Source of the DNA: Burkholderiaceae bacterium
Lineage (GTDB): Bacteria; Pseudomonadota; Gammaproteobacteria; Burkholderiales; Burkholderiaceae_C
Assembly: GCA_049297615.1 (NCBI GenBank)
Contig: JBAQUQ010000047.1
Span: 749 to 64,748, forward strand
Direction of reading: 5' to 3'
DNA: 64,000 nt
The notes beneath the pieces were generated by a model. That model was not told where the DNA came from. It ran no database searches and saw only the letters and a list, made by a program, of their open reading frames with translations. The translations under genes and the position numbers were made by a program. Below, one piece after another: positions 10,337 to 20,597 of the stretch. Within the stretch, counting starts at the first letter, position 1, and each line of letters opens with the position of its first letter.

Positions 10337-11267
10337 GCTTGTGATGGCCACACCGATCGCTTCGTTGATGCTTCAGGCGGCCGCTGCCGCCGCTGGCGGG
10401 CAAGACTACCCGGCAGGCGCACTGTACGTGGTCGCCACGCCGATCGGCAATCTGGCCGACCTGACATTGCGCGCGATCCATGTGCTGTCGCTCGTCGACG
10501 CGATTGCCTGCGAAGACACGCGCCACACGTCAGTGTTGCTGCAAAACCTGGGGCTGAGCAAGCCGCTCTTGGCTTTGCACCGACACAATGAACGTGAAGC
10601 GGCCGCCGTCGTGGTGGCGCGTCTCACGCGCGGCGAGCGCATCGCCTATGTCTGCGACGCCGGAACGCCCGGCGTGAGCGACCCCGGGGTGTTGCTGGTG
10701 GCTGCCGCCGCAGCGGCCGCAGTGCGCTGCGTGCCGGTGCCGGGTGCCAGCAGTGTTGCGGCGGCACTCAGCGTGGCTGGCGATGTGCGTGGCCAAGGCT
10801 TCGTGTTCCTGGGTTTCCCACCGGCACGCGGCGAGGCGCGCTCGCACTGGCTCGAGAAAATCGCCGCTCACGAAGCCACCCAAGTGTTGCTCGAGGCACC
10901 GCATCGGATCGAACCGCTGGCCAATTCGCTCGCCGCGACTTGCGCCCAGCGGTGCGTGACGATAGGCCGTGAATTGACCAAACAGTTCGAGACGGTGGCG
11001 ACCATGCCCGCCGCCGATTTCCCCGGTTGGCTGCGCGCCGATCCGAATCGATGCCGCGGCGAATTCGTCGTCATCGTTCATGCGCTGCCCGCAGCACCAG
11101 GGGCTGCCCACAGAATGCGCGACGATGCGCTGCTCCACACCTTACTGGCCGAATTGCCGCTCAAGCAGGCGGTGGCGCTGGCGGCGAAGTTGAGTTCAGC
11201 CTCGCGCAATGCCTTGTATGAGCGAGCCTTGGTTTTGAAAGCCGAGCAAGCTGGCAAGGACGGGTGA
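10335..11267 (+). CDS. rsmI: 16S rRNA (cytidine1402-2'-O)-methyltransferase RsmI
   Basis: ORF 10251..11267 contains LYVVATPIGNLADLTLRAIHVLSLVDAIACEDTRHT and YVCDAGTPGVSDPG, which are tetrapyrrole-methylase-fold RsmI motifs. Start at ATG 10335 (or 10344), divergent from yraN. Confidence 0.88.
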   Translation: MLVMATPIASLMLQAAAAAAGGQDYPAGALYVVATPIGNLADLTLRAIHVLSLVDAIACEDTRHTSVLLQNLGLSKPLLALHRHNEREAAAVVVARLTRGERIAYVCDAGTPGVSDPGVLLVAAAAAAAVRCVPVPGASSVAAALSVAGDVRGQGFVFLGFPPARGEARSHWLEKIAAHEATQVLLEAPHRIEPLANSLAATCAQRCVTIGRELTKQFETVATMPAADFPGWLRADPNRCRGEFVVIVHALPAAPGAAHRMRDDALLHTLLAELPLKQAVALAAKLSSASRNALYERALVLKAEQAGKDG

Positions 11268-11312
11268 AACTGCGCTCCCCCGGCGCGCAGCTCATGCGCC
11301 GACTCCGGTGAC

Positions 11313-12575
11313 TCAAGCGCCGCGGCGATAGCGCGCAAGCGTCAACCCATGCAGGTCGATTTGGGGGGGTCGGCCGCCGAGCACATCGGCCATCACGCGG
11401 CCCGTGCCCGCGGCCATCGTCCAGCCGAGAGTGCCGTGACCGGTGGCGAGGTAGAGGCCGCGTGGCCCGGCGGCGCCAAGCAAAGGCGTGCCGTCGGGTG
11501 TCATGGGCCGCAAGCCGCACCAGAACTGCGCTCGAGAGGCGTCGCCGCCGCGCGGGAACAAGTCGGACACGACGTATTCGAGGGTACGGCGGCGCGCGCC
11601 GTGCAGAGTCAAGTCCAATCCTGCCAGTTCGGCCATGCCGCCGACGCGAATGCGTTCCCCCAGCCGCGTCAAGGCAACCTTGTGAGTCTCGTCCATCACG
11701 GTCGATTCAGGGGCAGCGTTCGCGTCGACGATCGGCAAGGTGATCGAGTAGCCCTTGACCGGGTAGACCGGAATCGAAACGCCCAAGGGCGCGAGCAACA
11801 GCGGCGAATAGCTGCCAAGGGCGACGAGCGTCGCATCGGCCTTCACCGTGCCGTTCTCCAGGGCTACGCCGTGTACCTGCCCGCCGACATGCAACAGGCG
11901 ATCGATGCGCACGCCATAGCGAAACTTGACGCCGTGTTGTGCGGCCAAGGCGGCGAGCGCCTGCGTGAACTTGAAGCAGTCGCCGGTTTCGTCGTCCGGT
12001 AAGTGAAGGCCGCCGACGAATTTGTCGCGCACTTGCGCCAACGCCGGCTCGTGAATCAGGCAGCCCGCAGCGTCGAGCAGTTCATGCGCGACACCGTATT
12101 CGCGCAGGATCGCCATATCCGCGGCGCTGGCGTCGAATTGTTTTTGGCTGCGAAACAGTTGCAAGGTGCCGCGCGAACGCTGTTCGTATTCGATGCCGGT
12201 TTGAGCGCGCAGCTCGATCAGGCAGTCGCGGCTGTACTGTGCCAAGCGCAGCATGCGGCTTTTGTTGACGCGGTAGCGCGCCGCAGTGCAGTTGCGCAGC
12301 ATTCCCAGGCCCCAGCGCAACATCGCGAGATCGACCCGCGGGCCAATCACGAGGGGGCGATGGCGCATCAGAAGCCATCGGATCACTTTCAGCGGCACTC
12401 CCGGGCCGGCCCAGGGCGCGGCATAGCCCGGTGACACCTCGCCGGCATTGGCGTGGCTGGTCTCCATGGCAGCGCCGCCGCAGCGGTCTAGAACCGTCAC
12501 GGCATGGCCGGCTAGCGCCAGGTAATAGGCGCAGCTCACGCCGATCACACCACTGCCCAGTACCGCCACCTGCAT
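11313..12575 (-). CDS. dadA: D-amino acid dehydrogenase small subunit
   Basis: ORF 11313..12902; the internal start gives [31 protein letters not shown] (the FAD GxGxxG motif), preceded by AAGGAGG. The protein has DadA-like length (420 aa) and motifs ([14 protein letters not shown]). Confidence 0.88.
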   Translation of the reverse strand: MQVAVLGSGVIGVSCAYYLALAGHAVTVLDRCGGAAMETSHANAGEVSPGYAAPWAGPGVPLKVIRWLLMRHRPLVIGPRVDLAMLRWGLGMLRNCTAARYRVNKSRMLRLAQYSRDCLIELRAQTGIEYEQRSRGTLQLFRSQKQFDASAADMAILREYGVAHELLDAAGCLIHEPALAQVRDKFVGGLHLPDDETGDCFKFTQALAALAAQHGVKFRYGVRIDRLLHVGGQVHGVALENGTVKADATLVALGSYSPLLLAPLGVSIPVYPVKGYSITLPIVDANAAPESTVMDETHKVALTRLGERIRVGGMAELAGLDLTLHGARRRTLEYVVSDLFPRGGDASRAQFWCGLRPMTPDGTPLLGAAGPRGLYLATGHGTLGWTMAAGTGRVMADVLGGRPPQIDLHGLTLARYRRGA

Positions 12576-12680
12576 GTTCGGCCTCCTTGGCGCGCGAGGA
12601 TAGCCGCAGTCGGGGCAGGCGTTCGCCGTGCGCATTCGACGCCGCCCCAGATACCGCCACAATGCGTATGCGCCTGCGCT

Positions 12681-14276
12681 GTGACCGCCTCGCCCGACAT
12701 GACTTTGCAACCCGCCTTCGTCCCTCCCGCCCGATTCGACGACCCGGCTGCGGCTTTGGCCCAGGTGCGCAAGATCTATGACACGAATGTCGCCCACTTG
12801 CGCGACTGTTTGCAGCGCTTCGTCGCGGGCGAAACGCAGGATCCTGGGGCAGTCGAGGCAGTGCAGCGCCGTGATGGGCGAACCGAGGCGCGCGAACAGC
12901 ATGGCAAGGGCGACCCGCGTGGCCGGGTGCGTGCCTGCTACCCGTTCGTACGGGTGCGCACCGCGACGGTGGCGCGTGCCGACTCACGGCTGAGCTACGG
13001 CTTCGTCGCCGGCCCGGGTGCCTATGAGACAACGTTGACGCGCCCGGACCTGTTCGCGAACTACTACCTCGAGCAGTTCAAATTGCTGCTGAAGAACCAC
13101 CATGTCTGGCTCGAAGTCGGCACCAGCAACCAGCCGATTCCCGTGCACTTTTCGCTGGCCGAAAACGACCATCTCGAAGGCTCGCTCGACGCGGCGCGGC
13201 GCCTGCTGATGCGCGACCGCTTCGACCTGCCCGACCTCACGGCGATGGACGACGGCATCGCCAACGGCACATTCCAGCCCGGCCCGGGGCAGGCGAGTCC
13301 TCTGGCCCTGTTCACCGCGCCGCGCGTGGACTACTCGCTGCACCGCTTGCGCCATTACAGCGGGACCGCGCCGGAGTATTTTCAGAACTTCGTGCTCTTC
13401 ACCAACTACCAGTTCTACATCGACGAATTCGTGCGCCTGGGCCACGCAGCGATGGCGGGCTCGGGCGCCGCGCAGGGATACGTCGCCTTCGTCGAGCCGG
13501 GCAACGTGATCACGCGCCGCGCCGGATTGGCGCCGCAGCCCGGAGATGAGCTCGGAGTCGCGCCGCCACGCCTGCCGCAAATGCCCGCCTACCACCTGAA
13601 ACGCGCCGACGGCAGCGGCATCTCGATGGTCAATATCGGCATCGGGCCGGCGAACGCGAAGACCATCACCGACCACATTGCCGTGCTGCGCCCGCATGCC
13701 TGGATCATGCTCGGCCATTGCGCCGGATTGCGCAACACGCAACAACTCGGCGACTATGTGCTGGCCCACGGCTACGTGCGCGAAGACCATGTGCTCGACG
13801 AAGAGTTGCCGCTGTGGGTGCCAATCCCTCCGTTGGCCGAAGTGCAGGTTGCGCTCGAAGCGGCGGTCGCCGAGGTGACCCAGCTCAAGGGTTATGAACT
13901 CAAGCGCGTCATGCGCACCGGCACGGTGGCGAGTACCGACAACCGCAACTGGGAGCTGCTGCCCTCAGTGGACGCGAGCAGCACGCCGCAGCGTCGCTTC
14001 AGCCAGAGCCGCGCTGTTGCGCTGGATATGGAGAGCGCGACCATCGCGGCCAACGGATTTCGCTTCCGCGTGCCCTACGGCACTTTGCTGTGCGTCAGCG
14101 ACAAGCCGCTGCACGGCGAGATCAAACTGCCGGGCATGGCCAACCATTTCTACCGCGAACGAGTCGACCAGCACTTGCGCATCGGCATTCGCGCCATCGA
14201 ATTGTTGCGCGAGCAGGGTATCGACCAGCTGCACAGCCGCAAGCTGCGCAGCTTCGCGGAAGTCGCGTTTCAGTAG
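12681..14276 (+). CDS. amn: AMP nucleosidase
   Basis: ORF 12681..14276 contains [86 protein letters not shown] and HSRKLRSF, all close to the E. coli Amn sequence as I remember it. The start is uncertain (GTG 12681 or ATG 12699). Confidence 0.9.
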   Translation: MTASPDMTLQPAFVPPARFDDPAAALAQVRKIYDTNVAHLRDCLQRFVAGETQDPGAVEAVQRRDGRTEAREQHGKGDPRGRVRACYPFVRVRTATVARADSRLSYGFVAGPGAYETTLTRPDLFANYYLEQFKLLLKNHHVWLEVGTSNQPIPVHFSLAENDHLEGSLDAARRLLMRDRFDLPDLTAMDDGIANGTFQPGPGQASPLALFTAPRVDYSLHRLRHYSGTAPEYFQNFVLFTNYQFYIDEFVRLGHAAMAGSGAAQGYVAFVEPGNVITRRAGLAPQPGDELGVAPPRLPQMPAYHLKRADGSGISMVNIGIGPANAKTITDHIAVLRPHAWIMLGHCAGLRNTQQLGDYVLAHGYVREDHVLDEELPLWVPIPPLAEVQVALEAAVAEVTQLKGYELKRVMRTGTVASTDNRNWELLPSVDASSTPQRRFSQSRAVALDMESATIAANGFRFRVPYGTLLCVSDKPLHGEIKLPGMANHFYRERVDQHLRIGIRAIELLREQGIDQLHSRKLRSFAEVAFQ

Positions 14277-14296
14277 GAACTGCCCCGGAGGCTTCG

Positions 14297-14959
14297 ATGA
14301 ATTTTGCCGCAGCGCAGACGGCCCGTGTCGTCCTGATATGTGCAGCCCTGATGGGGCTTGTCGGAGGCGCCCAGAGCCAGGGCGCTGGCCAGGGCGTCGA
14401 TTCACTCAACGATGGTCCGTTTCGCACTTCCACGGACGGCGAGGATTCGAACCTGCTGCTCGAGGGGTACGACCCAGTGGCCTATTTCACCCAGAACGAT
14501 GCCGTCAAGGGCGACCCTGCGATCCGCACCGGGCGCCTGGGGGTGACCCTGCGCTTCATCAGTGAGGCGAACAAGGCCGAGTTCCTGCGCAATCCGCTGC
14601 GCTACTTGCCGCAGTTCGGCGGCTTTTGCGCGAATGGCATCAGCTACGCCATCCCCTGGGGCGGCGGCGGCGGCCCGAACACCTGGCGCATCTATCGCGG
14701 CAAACTCTACGTCTTCGGCGGCCAGGCGTCGAGGGACCATTTCGAGATGGATACGCAGCGCAATCTGGAACTTGCGCACAACTACTGGGACGACGAGGTC
14801 GCGGGCTCGACGGCAATCTTGACGCGCTACAAGCGGCTGGTTTTTCGCGTGCCGCACTACAAGACAGGCAAAGAGTTGCAGAACGAGTGGGAGGCCAAAC
14901 TGGCCGCCAAGACCCTGCCCGTGATGCCCGGCGCGCCGCAAGTCGTGCCGGCCAGGTAG
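14297..14959 (+). CDS. Secreted YHS-domain-like protein (paralogue of 25361..25972)
   Basis: ORF 14090..14959; start at MNFAAAQTARVVLICAALMGLVGGAQSQG (a Sec signal) with GGAG upstream. It contains GYDPVAYFT...RF.S......F..NP..Y.PQFGGFCANGISYAIPWGG, a YHS-like block. Confidence 0.7.
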   Translation: MNFAAAQTARVVLICAALMGLVGGAQSQGAGQGVDSLNDGPFRTSTDGEDSNLLLEGYDPVAYFTQNDAVKGDPAIRTGRLGVTLRFISEANKAEFLRNPLRYLPQFGGFCANGISYAIPWGGGGGPNTWRIYRGKLYVFGGQASRDHFEMDTQRNLELAHNYWDDEVAGSTAILTRYKRLVFRVPHYKTGKELQNEWEAKLAAKTLPVMPGAPQVVPAR

Positions 14960-15127
14960 CCGCGCCAAGGCGAGCCGAGCCCCAAAGGGCAGGCACCGCT
15001 TCCAGGAGCCACTGCCCAGCGCGGCTATCGATAGCAACCCGGTTGCCGCGGCGGCCGCTATCCCTTACGCTTGACGCGCAACCCCTGCAACCCGGGCGCG
15101 ACAGCGCCGCTCAATGAGGAGAGCGCC

Positions 15128-17182
15128 ATGGCGTCAAGCCCCATCAGCCCCGATACCCAGGCGATTCGTACACTGGCGCTGGTCGGCCAGACAGCGTCAG
15201 GCAAAACAAGTCTGGCCGAAGCCCTGCTCCACCGCAGCGGCGCGATCGGCGCGCCCGGCAGCCTGGAGCGCGGCACGACGGTGAGCGACTTCGACCCGAT
15301 GGAGCGGCGCGCGCAGCACTCCCTGAATTCAGCCGTCTTGCATCTCAAGCATCGCGATGCACGTGTGCACCTGATCGACACGCCGGGCTACGCCGATTTT
15401 GTCGGCCAGTCGATGACTGCCCTCGAAGCAGTCGACACGGCGGCGGTGGTGATCAATGCCGCCACCGGCATCGAGATGATGAGCACGCACATGATGCAGT
15501 GGGCGCAGCAGCGCCAGCTGTGCCGCATCTTGATCGTCAACAAGATCGACGCCCAGGGCGTGAACCTGCCCGTCCTCTTGGAGCAATTGCGCGACGCGTT
15601 TGGAAAAGAATGCTTGCCGCTCAATCTGCCCGCTGCAGGCGGCACGAAAGTGATTGATTGCTTCTTCAACACCGAGGGAGAAAGCGACTTCGGATCGGTC
15701 GCCGATACCCACCGCGCCTTGGTCGAGCAGGTCGTCGAGGTCGATCCGGAGTTCGTCGACCGCTACTTGAACGAGGGCGACGTCAACCCGCGCGAATTGC
15801 ACGCGCCGTTGGAACAGGCGCTGCGCGAAGGCCACCTGATCCCGATTCTGTTTGCCTCGGCGCGCAATGGCGCGGGTGTCCTGGAACTGCTCGACGCGAT
15901 CGACTTGCTGTTGCCGAACCCGACCGAGGGGAATCCCCCGCAGTTCTATAAAGGCGAGGGGACTGAGGCGAAAGAGCTTCACGCCGACCCGGACCCGGCC
16001 AAACATGTCATCGCGCATGTGTTCAAGGTGACCGTGGACCCTTATGTGGGCAAGATGGGCGTGTTTCGCATCCACCAGGGCACGGTCACCAAGGACAGCG
16101 CGCTTTACATCGGTGACGGGCGCAAACCCTTCAAGGTGGGACATTTGTTCATGCTGCAGGGCAAGGAGCATGTCGAGGTGGCGCGCGGCGTTCCGGGCGA
16201 CATCTGCGCCGTGGCCAAGGTCGACGAGATGCATTTCGACGCGGTCCTGCACGACGCCGCCGAAGACGACCACCTGCACCTCAAGCCGCTGGACTTTCCG
16301 GTGCCGGTGCACGGCCTGGCGATCGAACCGAAGCGCCGCGGCGACGAACAGCGCATGTGGGAAATCCTGCAAAAGCTCGTCGACGAAGACCCGTGCCTGA
16401 AGGTCGAACATGTTGCGGTGACCAACGAAACCGTCGTGTACGGCCTGGGTGAGTTGCACCTGCGCACCCTGCTGGAGCGCATGAGCGAGGTCTACAAATG
16501 CGAAGTCACGACGCGCCCGCCGAGGATTGCGTATCGCGAGACGATCACCATCGGCGCCGAAGGCCATCACCGGCACAAGAAACAAAGCGGCGGTGCCGGT
16601 CAGTTCGGCGAAGTATTCCTGAGGATCGAGCCGCTGGCACGCGGCGCGGGCTTCGAATTCGTCGACCAGGTCAAGGGCGGAACGATTCCCACCCAGTTCA
16701 TCCCGGCGGTGGAGAAAGGCGTTCGCTCGGCACTGGACAGCGGCGTCGTCGCCGGCTATCCGGTGAAAGACGTTCGCGTCATCGTCTACGACGGCAAGTC
16801 GCACAGCGTCGATTCGAAAGACATCGCCTTCGCCACGGCCGGGCGCAAAGCCTTCATCGACGCCGTATTGAAGGCCAAGCCGATCGTGCTCGAACCCATC
16901 GTCAAGGTGGAAATCAGCGCACCCGAAACCTCGATGGGCGACATCACCGGCGACTTGTCGGCAAAGCGCGGCCAGGTCAGTGGCACGCATGCCCAACTCG
17001 GTGGCAATGTCACAGTGGACGGCCAGGTGCCGCTGTCGGAGCTGACCAACTATCAAGCGCGTCTGAACGGCATGACGGGGGGTCGGGGGCGCTACGCGAT
17101 CGCGCTGAGCCACTATGAAGCCGTGCCGCCGACGATTCAGCAACAATTGATGGGGCAGTACAAGATCAAGGACGAGGAGTAG
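15128..17182 (+). CDS. Elongation factor G paralogue (EF-G2-like translational GTPase), 684 aa
   Basis: ORF 15071..17182; start at MASSPISPD with GAGGAG upstream. G1 is GQTASGKT, G3 is DTPGYADF and G4 is NKID. Domain IV has HKKQSGGAGQFGEV and domain V has LEPIVKVEISAPE. It is not in an rpsL-rpsG-fusA-tuf context. Confidence 0.85.
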   Translation: MASSPISPDTQAIRTLALVGQTASGKTSLAEALLHRSGAIGAPGSLERGTTVSDFDPMERRAQHSLNSAVLHLKHRDARVHLIDTPGYADFVGQSMTALEAVDTAAVVINAATGIEMMSTHMMQWAQQRQLCRILIVNKIDAQGVNLPVLLEQLRDAFGKECLPLNLPAAGGTKVIDCFFNTEGESDFGSVADTHRALVEQVVEVDPEFVDRYLNEGDVNPRELHAPLEQALREGHLIPILFASARNGAGVLELLDAIDLLLPNPTEGNPPQFYKGEGTEAKELHADPDPAKHVIAHVFKVTVDPYVGKMGVFRIHQGTVTKDSALYIGDGRKPFKVGHLFMLQGKEHVEVARGVPGDICAVAKVDEMHFDAVLHDAAEDDHLHLKPLDFPVPVHGLAIEPKRRGDEQRMWEILQKLVDEDPCLKVEHVAVTNETVVYGLGELHLRTLLERMSEVYKCEVTTRPPRIAYRETITIGAEGHHRHKKQSGGAGQFGEVFLRIEPLARGAGFEFVDQVKGGTIPTQFIPAVEKGVRSALDSGVVAGYPVKDVRVIVYDGKSHSVDSKDIAFATAGRKAFIDAVLKAKPIVLEPIVKVEISAPETSMGDITGDLSAKRGQVSGTHAQLGGNVTVDGQVPLSELTNYQARLNGMTGGRGRYAIALSHYEAVPPTIQQQLMGQYKIKDEE

Positions 17183-17293
17183 GCTGCGGACGAGCCGGGT
17201 TCGTGCCCGCCGCCCCTGGCCGGGGCGCCTCGCCTCCTGCCCGAGCTCAGCCTTGCAGGCCGCGTTCTCGCAGAGCTCGAACCCTTCGCCAGA

Positions 17294-17320
17294 CACAAAC
17301 GCTCCTCAGGAGCGTTTGTG
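17294..17320. terminator. Perfect 12-bp stem / 3-nt loop hairpin between the convergent EF-G paralogue and prfC
   Basis: CACAAACGCTCC-tca-GGAGCGTTTGTG. No U-tract follows on either strand, so function as an intrinsic terminator is uncertain. Confidence 0.4.
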
Positions 17321-17327
17321 CGCGGGC

Positions 17328-18968
<1,641 letters not shown>

Positions 18969-19168
18969 GGGGAGCGGGCGTAGCGCTGGCCGCCTCGGAC
19001 AAAGCGGCGATTATCGGCTTCGGCATGCTGGCCGCTCGAGCCGAACCGGCCGCGCCCGGCCACCCCGCGACTGGAATTGCGGCGTCGGGCGGCGCGACGT
19101 TCACGCAGGATTGCAGCGCTCAGAGCGCTGCGGTGGGCTGAAAAACGATCGCGTCCATAATCTTGCGC

Positions 19169-20239
19169 ATGCATGCGCCGCTGCAAAACGACACTTTCCT
19201 GCGGGCCTGTTTTTGCCAGCCCACGCCCTTCACCCCGGTGTGGCTGATGCGCCAGGCCGGGCGCTACCTTCCCGAATACCGAGCCACGCGTGCCAGGGCC
19301 GGCAGCTTCATGGCTCTGGCAACGAATACCGACTTCGCCACCGAAGTGACCTTGCAGCCGCTCGAACGCTATGCGCTCGACGCAGCCATCTTGTTCAGTG
19401 ACATCCTCACCGTTCCCGATGCGATGGGCCTGGGATTGAGTTTTGCCGAAGGCGAGGGCCCGCGTTTCGCGCACCCGGTTCGCGACGAGGCCGGCGTGGC
19501 TGCCCTTGCCCTGCCGGATATGGAGAAGTTACGTTACGTGTTCGATGCCGTTGCCTCGATTCGGCGAGCGCTGAACGGCCGCGTGCCTTTGATCGGCTTT
19601 GCCGGAAGCCCCTGGACCCTGGCGTGCTACATGGTCGAGGGCGCGGGCTCGCACGACTACCGCCTCGTCAAGACGCTGCTGTACAGCCGGCCTGACTTGA
19701 TGCACCGGATCCTGGCGTTGAACGCCGAAGCCGTGGTGCTGTACCTGAATGCGCAAATCGAAGCCGGCGCTCAAGCCGTGATGGTGTTCGACAGTTGGGG
19801 CGGCGTGCTGGCCGACGGCGCCTTTCAGACATTCAGCCTGGCTTACATGCAACGCGTCCTGGCGCAGTTGAAAACCGAGCACAACGGCCAGCGCATTGCG
19901 CGTATCGTCTTCACCAAAGGGGGTGGATTGTGGCTCGAGGATCTGGCATCGATGCAGCCCGATGTCATCGGCGTCGACTGGACCGTCGACCTCGGACGCG
20001 CTCGCGCCAGGGTAGGGGCGCACATCGCCCTGCAAGGCAACCTCGACCCGAACGTATTGTTTGCGCCGCCTGAGAAAATCGAGGCCGAAGTCGAACGGCT
20101 CTTGCGCAGTTTTGGCCCACCCGGCGGCCATGTGTTCAATCTCGGTCATGGCATCAGCCAGTTCACACCGCCCGATCATGTTCGGGTGCTGGTGGAAAGC
20201 GTTCATCGGGTCTCACGTAATTTGCGCCAGGCCGCTTGA
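19169..20239 (+). CDS. hemE: Uroporphyrinogen decarboxylase
   Basis: ORF 19163..20239 contains [32 protein letters not shown], a HemE N-terminal signature. First ATG at 19169. Confidence 0.92.
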   Translation: MHAPLQNDTFLRACFCQPTPFTPVWLMRQAGRYLPEYRATRARAGSFMALATNTDFATEVTLQPLERYALDAAILFSDILTVPDAMGLGLSFAEGEGPRFAHPVRDEAGVAALALPDMEKLRYVFDAVASIRRALNGRVPLIGFAGSPWTLACYMVEGAGSHDYRLVKTLLYSRPDLMHRILALNAEAVVLYLNAQIEAGAQAVMVFDSWGGVLADGAFQTFSLAYMQRVLAQLKTEHNGQRIARIVFTKGGGLWLEDLASMQPDVIGVDWTVDLGRARARVGAHIALQGNLDPNVLFAPPEKIEAEVERLLRSFGPPGGHVFNLGHGISQFTPPDHVRVLVESVHRVSRNLRQAA

Positions 20240-20311
20240 GGGACCGAATGCCATTCAATGCGATGCTTGCCGGACACAGTTTGCGCGGTAAGTGAGCGCT
20301 CAGGGCTTGAC

Positions 20312-20320
20312 TTATCCCCA
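20312..20320 (+). promoter_or_regulatory. DnaA-box-like 9-mer TTATCCCCA (8/9)
   Basis: One mismatch to TTATCCACA, in the hemE-priA intergenic region, in the same orientation as the perfect box 189 bp downstream. Confidence 0.3.
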
Positions 20321-20500
20321 TTTCCTGGCCTTGTTCGAAGCGTCAGGATGTCGTTGCACCGCACCATGAATTGTTCAATAAATACGGTATAAGTAGTTGA
20401 TTTCATTGATCTTTTTTGGATGCAACAAAACTGAGCGCAGGCGACCGAAAGCCAATCGAATCAACGATCTAGGGTCGCTTCGTCGGGCTTCCCCACAAAG

Positions 20501-20509
20501 TTATCCACA
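20501..20509 (+). promoter_or_regulatory. Perfect DnaA box TTATCCACA
   Basis: Exact consensus 9-mer 89 nt upstream of the priA ATG and adjacent to the only strongly AT-rich stretch in the window (about 20360-20440). Confidence 0.45.
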
Positions 20510-20597
20510 GGATCTGTTGAAACAGTCGAAAGGGGTGGCGAATCATTCGCTTACTGTCAATCCCTAAACCGATCCAGGGTTGACGTGGGTCCAGCGC

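Noticed and set aside
12840-12930. A charged ~20-25 aa insertion ([25 protein letters not shown]) in AMP nucleosidase relative to the E. coli enzyme as I remember it.
   Set aside because: It is probably a lineage-specific surface loop. It is in frame, has no repeat or mobile signature, and my comparison is from memory only.
15329-17296. Very long antisense ORFs: 655 aa opposite the EF-G paralogue. Similar cases are 20469..22334 opposite priA, 31013..33007 opposite recQ, 40686..42104 opposite dctM, 43425..45074 opposite the Mo large subunit, 57211..58758 opposite the Mo oxidoreductase, 29697..30383 opposite the methyltransferase, and many more.
   Set aside because: Their translations are Arg/Ala/Gly/Pro-rich low-complexity sequence with no recognisable motifs. 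Each lies exactly opposite a gene with strong family signatures. This is the stop-codon-poor shadow-ORF behaviour expected in high-GC DNA.
19113-19131. GCAGCGCT-cag-AGCGCTGC inverted repeat 38 nt upstream of hemE as an operator.
   Set aside because: It is a real 8-bp palindrome, but short GC palindromes are frequent in this DNA, no cognate regulator is nearby, and I know of no matching motif. Noted only.
20203-20406. 67-aa minus-strand ORF starting in the AT-rich island (MKSTTYTVFIEQFMVRCNDIL...).
   Set aside because: It overlaps the hemE 3' end, has no Shine-Dalgarno sequence and no recognisable domain. Its composition simply mirrors the AT-rich then GC-rich DNA. Probably not a gene.
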